Positions 11,641 to 24,530 of a DNA stretch of 64,000 nt are shown here, piece after piece. The stretch comes from Chrysemys picta bellii (lineage: Eukaryota), in the NCBI RefSeq assembly GCF_011386835.1, contig NC_088792.1, forward strand, positions 111,600,001 through 111,664,000, in the 5' to 3' direction. The notes beneath the pieces were generated by a model. It did no database searches and was not told the DNA's origin. It was given only the letters and a program-made list of their open reading frames with translations. Made by a program: the position numbers and the translations under genes. The stretch's first letter is position 1, and each line of letters opens with the position of its first letter.

Positions 11641-14600
11641 CATAGAATCATAGAATCATAGAATATCAGAATTGGAAGGGACCTCAAGAGGTCATCTAGT
11701 CCAACCCCCTGCTCAAAGCAGGACCAATTCCCAGCTAAATCATCCCAGCCAGGGCTTTGTCAAGCCGGGCCTTAAAAACCTCCAAGGAAGGAGACTCCAC
11801 CACCTCCCTAGGTAACGCATTCCAGTGTTTCACCACCCTCCTAGTGAAATAGTTTTTCCTGATATCCAACCTGGACCTCCCCCACTGCAACTTGAGACCA
11901 TTGCTCCTTGTTCTGTCATCTGCCACCACTGAGAACAGCCGAGCTCCATCCTCTTTGGAACCCCCCTTCAGGTAGTTGAAGGCTGCTATCAAATCCCCCC
12001 TCATTCTTCTCTTCTGGAGACTAAACAATCCCAGTTCCCTCAGCCTCTCCTCATAAGTCTTGTGCTCCAGACCCCTAATCATTTTTGTTGCCCTCCGCTG
12101 GACTCTTTCCAATTTTTCCACATCCTTCTTGTAGTGTGGGGCCCAAAACTGGACACAGTATTCCAGATGAGGCCTCACCAACGTCGAATAAAGGGGAACG
12201 ATCACGTTCCTCGATCTGCTGGCAATGCCCCTACTTATACAGCCCAAAATGCTGTTAGCCTTCTTGGCAACAAGAGCACACTGTTGACTCATATCCAGCT
12301 TCTCGTCCACTGTGACCCCTAGGTCCTTTTCTGCAGAACTGCTACCTAGCCATTCGGTCCCTAGTCTGTAGCAGTGCATGGGATTCTTCCGTCCTAAGTG
12401 CAGGACTCTGCACTTGTCCTTGTTGAACCTCATCAGGTTTTTTTCGGCCCAATCCTCTAATTTGTCTAGGTCCCTCTGTATCCGATCCCTACCCTCTAGT
12501 GTATCTACCACGCCTCCTAGTTTAGTGTCATCTGCAAACTTGCTGAGAGTGCAGTCCACACCATCCTCCAGATCATTAATAAAGATATTAAACAAAACCG
12601 GCCCCAGGACCGACCCTTGGGGCACTCCGCTTGAAACCGGCTTCCAACTAGACATGGAGCCATTGATCACTGCCCGTTGAGCCTGACGATCTAGCCAGCT
12701 TTCTATCCACCTTACAGTCCATTCATCCAGCCCAAACTTCTTTAACTTGGCGGCAAGAATACTGTGGGAGACCGTATCAAAAGCTTTGCTAAAGTCAAGG
12801 AATAACACGTCCACTGCTTTCCCCTCATCCACAGAGCCAGTTATCTCATCATAGAAGGCAATTAGGTTAGTCAGGCACGACTTCCCCTTCGTGAATCCAT
12901 GCTGACTGTTCCTGATCACTTTCCTCTCCTCTAAATGTTTCATAATTGATTCCTTGAGGACCTGCTCCATGATTTTTCCAGGGACTGAGGTGAGGCTGAC
13001 TGGCCTGTAGTTCCCCGGATCCTCCTTCTTCCCTTTTTTAAAGATGGGCACTACATTAGCCTTTTTCCAGTCATCTGGGACCTCCCCCGATCGCCATGGG
13101 TTTTCAAAAATAATGGCTAATGGCTCTGCAATCTCACCCGCCAACTCCTTTAGCACCCTCGGATGCAGCGCATCCGGCCCCATGGACTTGTGCACGTCCA
13201 GTTTTTCTAAATAGTCCCGAACCACTTCTTTCTCCACAGAGGGTTGGTCACCTTCTCCCCATGCTGTACTGCCCAGTGCAGCAATCTGGGAGCTGACCTT
13301 GTGCGTGAAGACAGAGGCAAAAAAATCATTGAGTACATTAGCTTTTTCCACATCCTCGGTCACTAGGTTGCCTCCCTCATTCAGTAAGGGGCCCACACTT
13401 TCCTTGATTTTCTTCTTGTTGCTAACATACCTGAAGAAACCCTTCTTGTTACTCTTAACATCTCTTGCTAACTGCAACTCCAAGTGCGATTTGGCCTTCC
13501 TGATTTCACTCCTGCACGCCTGAGCAATATTTTTATACTCCTCCCCGGTCATTTGTCCAATCTTCCACTTCTTGTAAGCTTCTTTTTTGCGTTTAAGATC
13601 AGCAAGGATTTCACTGTTTAGCCAAGCTGGTCGCCTGCCATATTTACTATTCTTTCTACACATCGGGATGGTTTGTTCTTGCAACCTCAATAAGGATTCT
13701 TTAAAATACAGCCAGCTCTCCTGGACCCCTTTGCCCTTCATGTTATTCTCCCAGGGGATCCTGCCCATCTGTTCCCTGAGGGAGTCAAAGTCTGCTTTTC
13801 TGAAGTCCAGGGTCCGTATTCTGCTGCTCTCCTTTCTTCCTTGTGTCAGGATCCTGAACTCGACCATCTCATGGTCACTGCCTCCCAGGTTCCCATCCAC
13901 TTTTGCTTCCCCTACTAGTTCTTCCCTGTTTGTGAGTAGCAGGTCAAGAAAAGCTTTGCCCCTAGTTGGTTCCTCCAGCACTTGCACCAGGAAATTGTCC
14001 CCTACACTATCCAAAAATTTCCTGGATTGCCTGTGCACCGCTGTATTGCTTCCCAGCAGATATCAGGATGATTAAAATCTCCCATGAGAACCAGGGCCTG
14101 CGATCTAGCAACTTCTGCTAGTTGCCAGAAGAAAGCCTCGTCCACCTCATCCCCCTGGTCTGGTGGTCTATAGCAGACTCCAACCACGACATCACCCTTG
14201 TTGCTCACACTTCTCAACTTTATCCAGAGACTCTCAGGTTTTTCTGCAGTTTCATACCGGAGCTCTGAGCAGTCATACTCCTCTCTTACATACAACGCAA
14301 CTCCCCCACCTTTTCTGCCCTGCCTGTCCTTCCTGAACAGTTTATATCCATCCATGACAGTACTCCAGTCATGTGAGTTATCCCACCAAGTCTCTGTTAT
14401 TCCAATCACATCATAGTTCCCTGACTGTGCCAGGACTTCCAGTTCTCCCTGCTTGTTTCCCAGGATTCTTGCATTTGTGTATAGGCACTTAAGATAACTC
14501 ATCGATCGTCCCTCTTTCTCAGCATGAGACAGGAGTCCTCCCCTCTTGCGCTCTCCTGCTTGTGCTTCCTCCCAGGATCCCATTTCCCCACTTACCTCAG

Positions 14601-15484
14601 GGCTTTGGTCTCCTTCCCCCGGTGAACCTAGTTTAAAGCCCTCCTCACTAGGTTAGCCAGCCTGCTGGCGAAGATGCTCTTCCCTCTCTTCGTTAGGTGG
14701 AGCCCGTCTCTGCCTAGCACTCCTTCTTCTTGGAACACCATCCCATGGTCGAAGAATCCAAAGCCTTCTCTCCGACACCACCTGCGTAGCCATTCGTTAA
14801 CTTCCACGATTCGACAGTCTCTACCCCGGCCTTTTCCTTGCACAGGGAGGATGGACGAGAACACCACTTGCGCCTCAAACTCCTTTATCCTTTTTCCCAG
14901 AGCCGCGTAGTCTGCAGTGATCCGCTCAAGGTCATTCTTGGCAGTATCATTGGTGCCCACGTGGAGAAGCAGGAAGGGGTAGCGATCCGAGGGCTTGATG
15001 AGTCTCGGCAGTCTCTCCGTCACATCGTGTATCCTAGCTCCTGGCAAGCAGCAGACCTCTCGGTTTTCCCGGTCGGGGCGGCAGATAGATGACTCAGTCC
15101 CCCTGAGGAGGGAGTCCCCGACCACCACCACCCTCCTCCTCCTCCTCTTGGGAGTGGTGGTCGTGGAACCCCCATCCCTAGGACAGTGCATCTTTTGCCT
15201 TCCAATCGGTGGAGTCTCCTTCTGCTCCCTTCCCTCAGATGGGTCATCTAGTCCACTCTCCGCATTAGTACCTGTAGAGAGAACGTGGAAACGATTGCTC
15301 ACCTGTATCTCCATTGCTGGTGCATGGACGCTCCTCTTTCTCCTTCTGGAGGTCACATGCTGCCAAACCTCCTCACAATCCTTCTGTCCCTGCTGCGCCT
15401 GCTCTGAATCTTCAGAACATTGTGGCCGTAGAAGCATCTCCTGACGTCTGTCCAGGAAATCTTCATTTTCCCTTATGCAACGCA
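11641..15484 (-). mobile_element. Young 5'-truncated CR1 LINE (part of ORF1, ORF2, 3' UTR, octamer tail)
   Basis: 3' tail (ATTCTATG)x3 on the minus strand (catagaat x3, 11641-11664). ORF2 has APE endonuclease and RT motifs; ORF1 has a GDSL/SGNH esterase domain. CR1 similarity appears to stop near 15484. Possible TSD tatggcata (11636-11644) / taaggcata (15485-15493), 8/9 match, ambiguous. Confidence 0.95.
11735..14502 (-). pseudogene. CR1 ORF2 (APE endonuclease + reverse transcriptase) with a single -1 frameshift near 14050
   Basis: Endonuclease motifs [29 protein letters not shown] in ORF 14002-14583. RT motifs [31 protein letters not shown] in ORF 11735-14038. The two frames join if one base is restored in ...TGG GA[G] AGC AAT... 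(WESNTAVHR as recalled). No internal stop codons. Confidence 0.92.
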
Positions 15485-15485
15485 T
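14628..15485 (-). pseudogene. CR1 ORF1, N-terminally truncated, retaining the SGNH/GDSL esterase domain
   Basis: VVVVGDSLLRG (block I), LLHVGTND (block III), RDGLHL (block V). The N-terminal Cys-rich part expected in CR1 ORF1 is absent; upstream of 15485 the frame runs into unrelated flank. Confidence 0.85.
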
Positions 15486-16007
15486 AAGGCATATCCCCCT
15501 CAAAGACTTCTTGGGGCAGTGGAAGTCATAGGAGTCCCCCGCAGCGAGGGAGCCAAAGGTGGGGGCAAATATCTCTGATTCCTCATTGATCTTGGGGGAT
15601 CCATACCTTCTGCGGCCCAAATTTATTGAGAGCTCCACAGTGGGGAAAACCCTCCTCTTCTTTCAGAATAGTATAGAAAGTTCCTGCTTTTCCTCCATCT
15701 CCTCTGATAGGTTTTCCAGAAGGAGAGTATGAAGTGGTCAGACTCAAATGAAAAATTTAGCATTCATGGATATCATAGGCATGTGGGTACTCATTGGAGA
15801 ACCTGAGGTCTGGGAAATAATGACTAGATTACACCAATCCATAACTGTAGTTGTTCATCTGTGGTACACAGACACTGAGACTATTTCTCATTGCAGTTAA
15901 CAATTTTAGAAACAAAATACTGTATGAGAGAGAAAAGGACACAATAAATAGGGAATGTCACATATTACAGTATTACATTGTTGCATATGATTTTTACAAT
16001 CACTGTT

Positions 16008-16262
16008 GTCTATGTTTACACTGGAGCAGAAGGTGTAATTCCCAGCTCAGGCAAGCGTTCTCGTGCTACCTCTGATCAAGCTAGTGTGCTAAAAATAAAA
16101 GTATAGACATGGTGGCATGAGTGTTGGGATGGGCTAGCCACTCCAAGTACAATCCTTGCAGTACTGCAGTTAAACTACTATTTGTAGCACACTAGCTCAA
16201 TTAGAACTGGTGCAGTCTTTTCAAGTTGGAAATTACACCTTCAGCTCTAGTGTAGACTTCCC
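16008..16262. mobile_element. PIF/Harbinger-like MITE (gtctacact-type termini)
   Basis: About 30-bp imperfect TIRs: tttacactggagcagaaggtgtaatt / aattacaccttcagctctagtgtaga. TSD not resolved. Confidence 0.65.
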
Positions 16263-17573
16263 AAAGCACATGCTTTCCATTTCGGATCCAATATCCATAT
16301 TCCAGAAACAATAACCAACATTGATCTCTCAGATATCACAGTCCTAACATCAAAAAAAAAAATAGGTTAAATAGCCATGACTGTCATAAACCTAAACTGC
16401 AGCTAAGATGTTATTTGATAATAAACATCATTTGCAAAATCAGCTGCTGAATCTGTGAACTGTAGGGTTTGTGGTCTGTGCCAAAAATCATAATCTGTAG
16501 TGTTATGCGATTATGGAATTAAGATTTCAATTATTTTGATCATTGTAATGCACACTGACCAGAATGGTATGGGTTGGGGTTTTTAAATACATTTGCTGCT
16601 TCTCATTGCTTTAACAGAATCAAACTTGCCCTGAATAAATAGCAGTGAAATATGCATCTAGAAAATGTAGTCTGAATTTTTGCCACATCGTCATTATTGT
16701 TGTACATTACTGAGGTGGTCCCTCTTGTCTTAAGATCATTGGTTGAAATATGGGGATGTGAAGAAAGACATATTATTAATTCTCGCGGTTTTGCTGCCTA
16801 TTGTAATGTTTCCCACCATTATTAGTTTGGTTACTGTCACCCAAAGTATGAATTTTGGAGGGTTGCTTCGTATCATCAGTAGTGAAGACTCCTGGGTACA
16901 GCAATGTACAGTACTGGAGCACCAATCTCCTACTCCCCCTTCTCTCCTCGTTTTCATCATTACTACTAGACATATTTTTTTCTGGACTAAGTCCTGTGAA
17001 CTGTGTATAATATACAGCGGCTTTGTTTTACGGCAGCTGTGGTGTCAGGGCCACCCACACCGTGCTGTCCCTATTGCTTTGAAGCAAAGACTTCAGACAT
17101 GAAATAGTAGTCAAGTGTCTTTGCTTCAGTTCTGCGTGTTGAGAATGGCATGAAAACAAAAGTTAATTTATTCTGGCCTTTCATCTAAATGAACTGCATT
17201 ACTAGAAGCTTCAAGGATATCAACCTTGGGTCATCCTTAGAGCCATTTTGTATCTGATGGATACAAAAAATAAAAAGATTCTCACTTTGACACACTATTT
17301 AATCACTTTTGTAATGTTTATAACATTTTGGAGATCCTCTTATAAGGATAGACTCCTCTGGGACATGATCAGGGATGACTTTTTCAGATGGCAAAAATGT
17401 GAAATGTGTATGAGGAGGGAGGACTAAGCCTGGCCCATAATGTATTGAGATAAGACATCTGTCATACTTGAGGAAAGAATGCAGAAATGTTGGCCTATAT
17501 TTGTTTTTCAGACTTGATCATTGATGTGGTGGTGGTAGTGTACACACTGCTGTACAGTAGGTCAGATGGGGGA

Positions 17574-17815
17574 AAAGAGAACTGGATAAATTCATAGTGG
17601 TTAAGTCCATTAATGGCTATTAGCCAGGATGGGTACAGAATGGTGTCCCTAGCCTCTGTTTGTCAGAGGATGGAGATGGATGGCAGGAGAGAGATCACTT
17701 GATCATTGCCTGTTATGTCCATTCCCTCTGGGGCACCCAGCATTGGCAACTGTCGGTAGACAGGATACTGGGCTAGACGGTCTGACCCGATATGGCCGTT
17801 CTTATGTTCTTATGT
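17574..17815 (+). mobile_element. CR1 3'-end fragment
   Basis: End of ORF2 (ELDKF-like), recalled CR1 3' UTR, and tail ttcttatgttcttatg. Confidence 0.75.
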
Positions 17816-18256
17816 AGATGTGTTGAACAGATAACAAAGTGCATGCCCTGCAATGTTTATACTCCAAGGGCCAAATTCTCTGCTGTGGGAAGCAGGGGAA
17901 GCTACGCTTAAGACAGTGGAGATGTGATAACTAGCCATAAAGCCACAGGAGGGTCCAGTGCAGTACAGTTCCATAGGGAGGAGTGCAGGTATGCTGTACA
18001 GCATAGCTGAGTTTTCTGAAGTTGTATGGTGGTCGAGTGGAATGTGCACTGGTGATCATTCGATGTTCCAAGAATCAGGGACAGCACAAAAGAAGGGATT
18101 AAAGTCAAGTCAGCAAAGGAAAAGAGGGAGCAATTTCCTTGCGATTTTGATATTCATGGGACACATATATCCTACTCTTACCCGGCATATTAAAATCCTC
18201 CATATAAAATCCTTTCAGCTAGCATGAATATCAGTCAAAGAGCGCAGAGTCCTTAT

Positions 18257-19065
18257 CTGATGTTTAAGAAGGATGAATTCAAACTGGAACAGGTACAGAA
18301 AAGGGCTACTAGGATGATCCGAGGAATGGAAAACCTGTTTTATGAAAGGAGACTCAAAGAGCTTGACTTGTTTAGCCTAACCAAAAGAAGGCTGAGGGGA
18401 GACATGATTGCTCTCTATAAATATATCAGAGGATAAATATCAGGGAGGGAGAGGAATTATTTAAGATCAGTACCAATGTGGACACAAGAAAAAATTGATA
18501 TAAGCTGGCCATCAGGAAGTTTAGACTTGAAATTAGACGAAGGTTTCTAACCATCAGAGGAGTGAAGTTCTGGAACAGCCTTCCAAGGGGAGTAGTGGAG
18601 GCAAAATACATATCTGGCTTCAAGACTAAGCTTGATAAGTTTATGGAAGGGATGGTATAATGGGACAGCCTAATTTTGGCAATTAATTGATCTTTAACTA
18701 TTAGCGGTAAATATGCCCAATGGCCAGTGATGGGACACTAGACAGTGTGGGATCTGAGTTACTACAGAGAATTCTTTCCTGTGTGTCTGGTTGGTGAGTC
18801 TTGCCTACATGCTCAGGGTTTAGCTGATCGCCATATTTGGGGTCGGGAAGGAATTTTCCTCCAGGGCAGATTGGCAGAGGCCCTGGGGGGTTTTCACCTT
18901 CCTCTGCAGCGTGAAGTTTTTAAACCAAAGTTGAGGACTTCAGTAGCTCAGACATAGATCAGTGCTTTGTTACAGGAGTGGGTGGGTGAGATTCTGTGGC
19001 CTGCGTTGTGCAGGAGGTCAGACTAGAAGATCATAATGGTCCCTTATGACCTTAAAGTCTATGAG
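18257..19065 (+). mobile_element. CR1 3' fragment (ORF2 C-terminus plus long 3' UTR)
   Basis: [23 protein letters not shown]...[19 protein letters not shown], homologous to the C-terminus of the ORF2 at 11735, with stops. Ends ...ccttaaagtctatgag. Confidence 0.85.
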
Positions 19066-21759
19066 ATTAATCTTAATCAATCCAAATTAACACATGCTTA
19101 AATCCATCCCTGTTCAGGACAGCCCTTAAGCACATGCTTAAATCTTGCCATGAATATGGATATTTTCCTAAATCTAGGACATATAGTGAATGAGTGTGTA
19201 GTGTCACTTTCATTTCCTACACTCGCTACCAACTGCAGTGCACGGAGTAATAGTCAGAAATTACCATTTTACTCATAAAATTTAAATATGTTGCTCTACC
19301 ATTTTGTTCTGCAAGTGTTAATTAAATTAATCCTTGGAGCACCTGGGTGAAGTAGGAAGATGTTTATTGTTATCCACATTTGTGGATGAAGAAACTGATG
19401 CATAGGGTTGCACATGTTCACACAGTCTCCAAAATTTTCATAACAGTTTGTAAGATGCTAACGAGGATTGCATGGCTAAATTCCTTTGTGCTGCTTTGCA
19501 ATTGTGGGAGTGAGGCTGAATAAGTAAGTGATCCTTATGAGCACCAAACTACAGCGAACTATACAAAGTCAGCTTCAGCTTCATACACAGCATATTATTT
19601 GTTTATAGGGGGCAAAAGTCTGTGAACTTTCTTTTTATTCTTGTTTCTTGACAAGTGTTTCTGCAGGGATGTCTGGAGGTTATTACACTATAGGAATAGG
19701 ATAGTTTCCTGGTGTGATTTATATGTTTGATTACTTATTTTCTCCATTAATTAAAACAAACTGAAATATTCCAAAGGGGAAATGATGTAATAGTTATGTA
19801 TAGCGTTTATGGGTCTTTCAAGGGGTGTGAGAGGAAGGCTAAGGAAAAATGACTCTCTTCTACTGGATCCTATTCTTTGAAAGAATAGAAAGGGGGCTGT
19901 AAATAACAGAGATATGCCTTCTAAAGACAGCAGTTGGAGAGCAGTCCAAGGTTGCCTCCCTTGGTTTTTTTTTCTTCAATTGTTTTATGGGAAGTTAGGG
20001 AAAGGGTTTTGAATTTTTATTGCTTATTAGCTAATGCCACTTTAGTGCTTCAGTGTAGGCAATACTACCTATGCCAATGGGAGGGGTTCTCCTATCGGCA
20101 TAGAAAATCCATGTCCCTGTGGCTGGGGTAACTTTTTAGTGTTGACTTGAAGTCTAAAGGAAGGTTGTAAAATGTTGGACCAATGCCATTGTTATATGGG
20201 TTGTTCTAAACTACCAAAATCTTAAAGCTTGTCGTAGGAACAGAAGGTGTTCACTGAATATTCACTATTTTTAAAGAATTTATGATAATTAGTAGTGTAT
20301 TTTATTGAAAATGAACTAAAATATCTCTGGTTGGTTTTTAGGAGGGGGTAAGTTTGGAGGGGTTTTACTGGCTATTCTTTTGTTCTGCAGGTTTTCAAAC
20401 TGGCTATTTAAGATTTTTCTTGGCCTTATAAATGCTGTATTTTATGCAGAATTAACCAATAGTCCTCTATTATAGGAACAGCATGACAAAATGCAAGAAT
20501 GAAAGATTTGCGAAAAAGCATCCACTGCTCTCTTCAGATGCAAATTCTTTTCTCTCTCCCTAGAATGGTGATGGTACAGCACAGCTTGTCCTAAGTTTTA
20601 GAGCACTGTTCAAAATAACCCTGTGAGGGAGGAAGAGAGCCGGATTTATTTTTGCACTTTGCAACTTTCTTGGTAAAATGAAATTCATAATATAACCGTA
20701 GTAGACAAATGTACAGCGGTGATGCTTACAGGGATCCAGAAGTCCCATTTTTTACTCCAACTTTCTCAGTGCCTAATGAAATCACAGCAGATTATCCTTA
20801 TTTGAACCCAGTGTACATTATGGAGAAAAAGGAGCAGGAAAGCCTTTTTTTTCCACTAGCTGCATTGCACGTTTCAGTATGAAAGTCATTTATGGAGATA
20901 CATTTAAAAACTTTTTCTAGTAGTGTGGTTACTGAATTTAATTTGTGATTTATGAGTCCATTATCAATGAGTTAAAACATTTGGGGTTTTTTGTCTGGAT
21001 GGCATGGTGCCCAATCCTGCAAGATTAGTTGGCAAATGATTTCTGGGCATCTTGCCACTTGGCATTTCTTAGAAATGGGCTGCTAATAAAATACTGGAAA
21101 AAATAGGATTGTTCCAGACATGCAAACCCCTGAGTTTCAGTGAGTGAGAAGTGACAAGATTTTCACACATTCGCACAATATTTTGGGGCACCACTCTGGA
21201 ACTTCTTCAGAAGAGTGTAATTGATGTACTGTAGAACAAAATGTTATTTAATTTTCGACTTCTTCAATTTATGGACTGAATTGAAATGCTTTTGCTGTGT
21301 CAGTAATAGCTTCTCCCATTCATTTGGTTATTAATTGTTTTGAGCATGTTGAGGAAGAGAATCTGAAACTGTATACCAAAGCTAGGATTTTCAAAACTAG
21401 GTGTCGGCAATCAGGCTCCTTAGTCCATATTTAGCTGCCTCAAAAAGTCAAATGATTTTCAAAATTGCTGAACATCCATGGACTTCACAGTGCCTCATAT
21501 AGGTGCTTGACTGTGGACTTTGGAGCTTAACTCTAGTTATTTATATTTTTTATAAACTGTAATATAAAATTGCTCATTGCATGGTCTGGGCACCTTTAAT
21601 AGTCTTTTAAAAATACACTAAATAAACAAGCAGACCTGTCAATTCCCTCAGATCAAATCAAATAACCCAAGAACAACGTAAACATAATAGCAACTAATAG
21701 TCCCCACACAAGTCCCCAGAGTCCCACATCACCACTATTTAACACTACCTACTACTTAT

Positions 21760-22420
21760 CTCCTTCAGGGCAACGGAGAAAAGATGAGCCTCCCAGTGTG
21801 CCCTGAAGGCTGACAGATTCGGCCTGGGAAGGACATAAGTTCCAAAGATCCAGGGCCTTAATGGAGAATGTTTTGCCAGCTGCCCCTGTCACCTTTATTG
21901 ATGGTGTTTCACCAAAGGTACCTCTGCGGACCACAACTGTGGCAGTATGTCATGGGGAGAGAGGTGGTCTCTTAGATAAGTATGTCCCAAGCCATTTCAG
22001 GCTTTATAGGTCTAGACCAGAGGTTTTCAATCTACTTATCATTGTGGACTGCATATGTAGCTCTCTGTGTTATGTGGGCTGCATCCACACAATATATAGA
22101 CTACCTGTATGGCCCTGAGGATGTCACATGGGCTGCAGCTGTGTGCTAATTGGGCTGCTGGTTGAAAAACACTGGTCTAGACCAACATCGTAAATCAATC
22201 CAGAAAAAAAAATACAAAAAAACGGGAAGCCAGTGCTGTTTGTAGAGTACAGGTTTAATACGCTCTTTAATTAAAACACCACTTAATGTGCAAGCTGCCA
22301 AATTCTGTACCAACTGTAGTATATGAATAGATTTGAGATGTATCCCCATGTAGAGCACATGACAGTAGTATATAGACACCAATTTAAAAAAGAAATGTCG
22401 AAAAGCAATAAACATAGAGG
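21760..22420 (-). mobile_element. Old L2/CR1-clade LINE ORF2 C-terminal remnant, interrupted by a MITE
   Basis: Minus-strand peptides YYCHVLYMGIHLKSIHILQLVQNLAACTLSG...IKPVLYKQHWLPV and AGKTFSIKALDLWNLCP resemble the L2 motifs DYCN..L..LQLVQNAAAR..ITPVL..LHWLPV and AFS..AP.LWN.LP. Confidence 0.65.
22018..22174. mobile_element. 157-bp hAT-type MITE nested in the L2 remnant
   Basis: TIRs cagaggttttcaa / ttgaaaaacactg, 11/13 match. Perfect 8-bp TSD gtctagac at 22010-22017 and 22175-22182. Confidence 0.85.
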
Positions 22421-22437
22421 TTCAGTATTAAGAAAGA

Positions 22438-24530
22438 GTTCTTCAAACGGTTGCACACATTCCACTTCAGGTGTGTGTGTGTATGTCCAATGCACCAGAG
22501 ACAGAGATGTTTCCTTAAGTGGTACCCATTGGGACAGTACATGCATGCATCCTCAGCAGCTTTGCACTGCTGTAGGATGGCATAAAGGGTGGATCCGCCC
22601 TTCACCCATCTCAGTTCCTTCTTACTGCCCGTGATCATTAGTTGGAACACATTGGTTTGCAACTGTAAGGTTTTTCCCACTGCAGGGGGACTATCTCCCA
22701 CCTGTAAATAGTCAGTTAGTAGTACTCAGTGTAAATTAGTGTTGTTTTCTTTTTCTGACTTTGGGCGTCACATCTCTCTTATACAAAGGGTATCATCGCC
22801 TGGCAAAAAGTCTGTGCTGGTGAATGACCCTCATTTTGAGTGCTCAAAGTACCTTGGTGAAGGTTGCATTCGAGGCTGTTGCCAGATCTGCAGGGGCTTC
22901 AAATCCCAGACAAAAAATGATAGAGAGGTGAGACTGCATCACCTCCCTGTGGAGGCCACCCTGCGTCCATCCTCTGGATCTCTCTGCTCGGCACTGAGTA
23001 CTCCTACCCTGATTAGGAGTGCCTATCCTGACATTGCATGGGAAAGTTGGCACTGATGCTCTTCTCCAGTGCTGAGGAAAAAAGCACAGAAGTTTGGAAA
23101 CCCATTCCTTGAAGGATCCGAGCTCCTCTAGAAGGTCTAGGTCCCCGGTATTGTCCACTAGTAAACTATCTGGGGACTTATGGACTTACCTCTGAGACAG
23201 ATTCAGCCCTTGGTACCATGGGCAGCTAGCTCTTCAGAGGGTCCAATGCTTCCTCACTCAATGCAATCCAGGGATAAACCCAGCATCTCTGGAGAGATGC
23301 CATCAGACCTTGGCAGAAACAGGTACAGCACCTCCATGGTCACGCAACTCAGGGTCCTCCTTGAGGCTGAGGTAGGCTCCTTTGCCCCTTGCTCCCAGGA
23401 TAGAAGACAACACTCACTTTTGCCACAAGGATTCCACTCCTCATACCCCTGGGATTTCCCAAGATGGCCCAGAGACATAGATCATTGGAGCAGTCAGGGC
23501 TGGGGTCCTGTGCTTTACTAATGGCCTTATTGGAACCTGTAAGGGTAGCCTCCCACCTCCAGATCCTCCCTGGTTCCTCCTTCATAGCAGACACTGGGCT
23601 AGCTGCAATGAGGAGGCCGGGGATGTTATCCCCAGTACTGAAGATGGTATGAGTAGTAATCTGAAGACCAGCCTAAGATTTGGGAATCTCAGTCCATCTC
23701 ACAGGAGGCTCAAACTCAACTCCCTTTGCACTATTCCTCCTCATCCACTGACAAGGTGGTGGTATCTGGGATTTCTTCTCCTGATCAGGATGACTTCAGG
23801 ACTTACCAGGAATTACTAAAGCGAGTATCTACCGCTCATAATGTTCAGGCTGAGGTGGTTCAGGAGAGTTTCCATAGGCCGAGAATATACTAGGTTCATC
23901 AGGACCTTCTACAGCCATTCTAGGCAGGAATTACAGGCCAGGTTAGAAGAGGGCAAACTAATAGCTAGGACTTCTCTGGAAGCAGCCTTCGATGGGGCAG
24001 ATTTGGCAGCCAGAGCCATGACACCAGTAGTTATGCACAGATGTTCATGGCTTCAATCGTCGTGTCTTCTGCTTGTGGTCCAGCAGACGATGCAGTATCT
24101 CCCCTTCAGATGTCCTAACCTCTTCTCGCAAAAGATCAATGAAACACTCTATAATCTCAAGATTTCAGGGCCAAACCATTGGGAATTTACTTCTTTCCCT
24201 AAAAGGAAGCAATTCCACCCTCATTCTCTCCAAAGATACCTATTGTCCCACCTATGCAGCCTGATCACTTCAGAAACAGAGGGGGAAACCACAGGAGGAG
24301 ACCTCAGTTTTCTTCTATGGCAGGTTCTTTGAGGCAGTCAGGAAATCCACTCTGCTTTACTTCCTTGTTGAGGACAGAGTACTAGATTGTTATGTGTCAT
24401 TTTCTCCCTCCCCTGTTTTTTCCAAAAGATTATCCCACTTCCTATGTGCTTGGACCCATATTACCATGGATCAATGGCTTCTAAGTACTGTGGAACAGGA
24501 ATACACCTGCAATTTTCTTATTTGGAGAGC
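22438..24530 (+). mobile_element. Old, heavily decayed DIRS-type retrotransposon (left end, gag/ORF1, start of RT ORF)
   Basis: The 5' segment resembles 61195-61400 (cacattccac..aggtgtg; taaagg..cctcagttccttctt). Peptides VNDPHFECSKYLGEGCIRGCCQICRGFK (Cys-rich gag N-terminus), LEEGKLIARTSLEAAFDGADLAARAM..CSWLQ..YLPF (LAP2alpha-like) and FSKRLSHFLCAWTHITMDQWLLSTVEQEY (RT ORF start). Many stops and frameshifts. Confidence 0.75.

Noticed and set aside
12062-15444. Plus-strand ORFs overlapping the CR1
   Set aside because: They are antisense shadows of CR1 ORF1 and ORF2.
14628-15638. The 336-aa ORF as a full-length CR1 ORF1
   Set aside because: It starts at GTG in flanking DNA and the first 51 codons are not CR1-like. 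The element is 5'-truncated near 15484.
17607-18840. CArG boxes ccattaatgg (17607-17616) and ccatatttgg (18831-18840) as SRF sites for a muscle-expressed formin
   Set aside because: Both lie in CR1 3' fragments, and 10-bp matches are expected by chance. There is no independent support.
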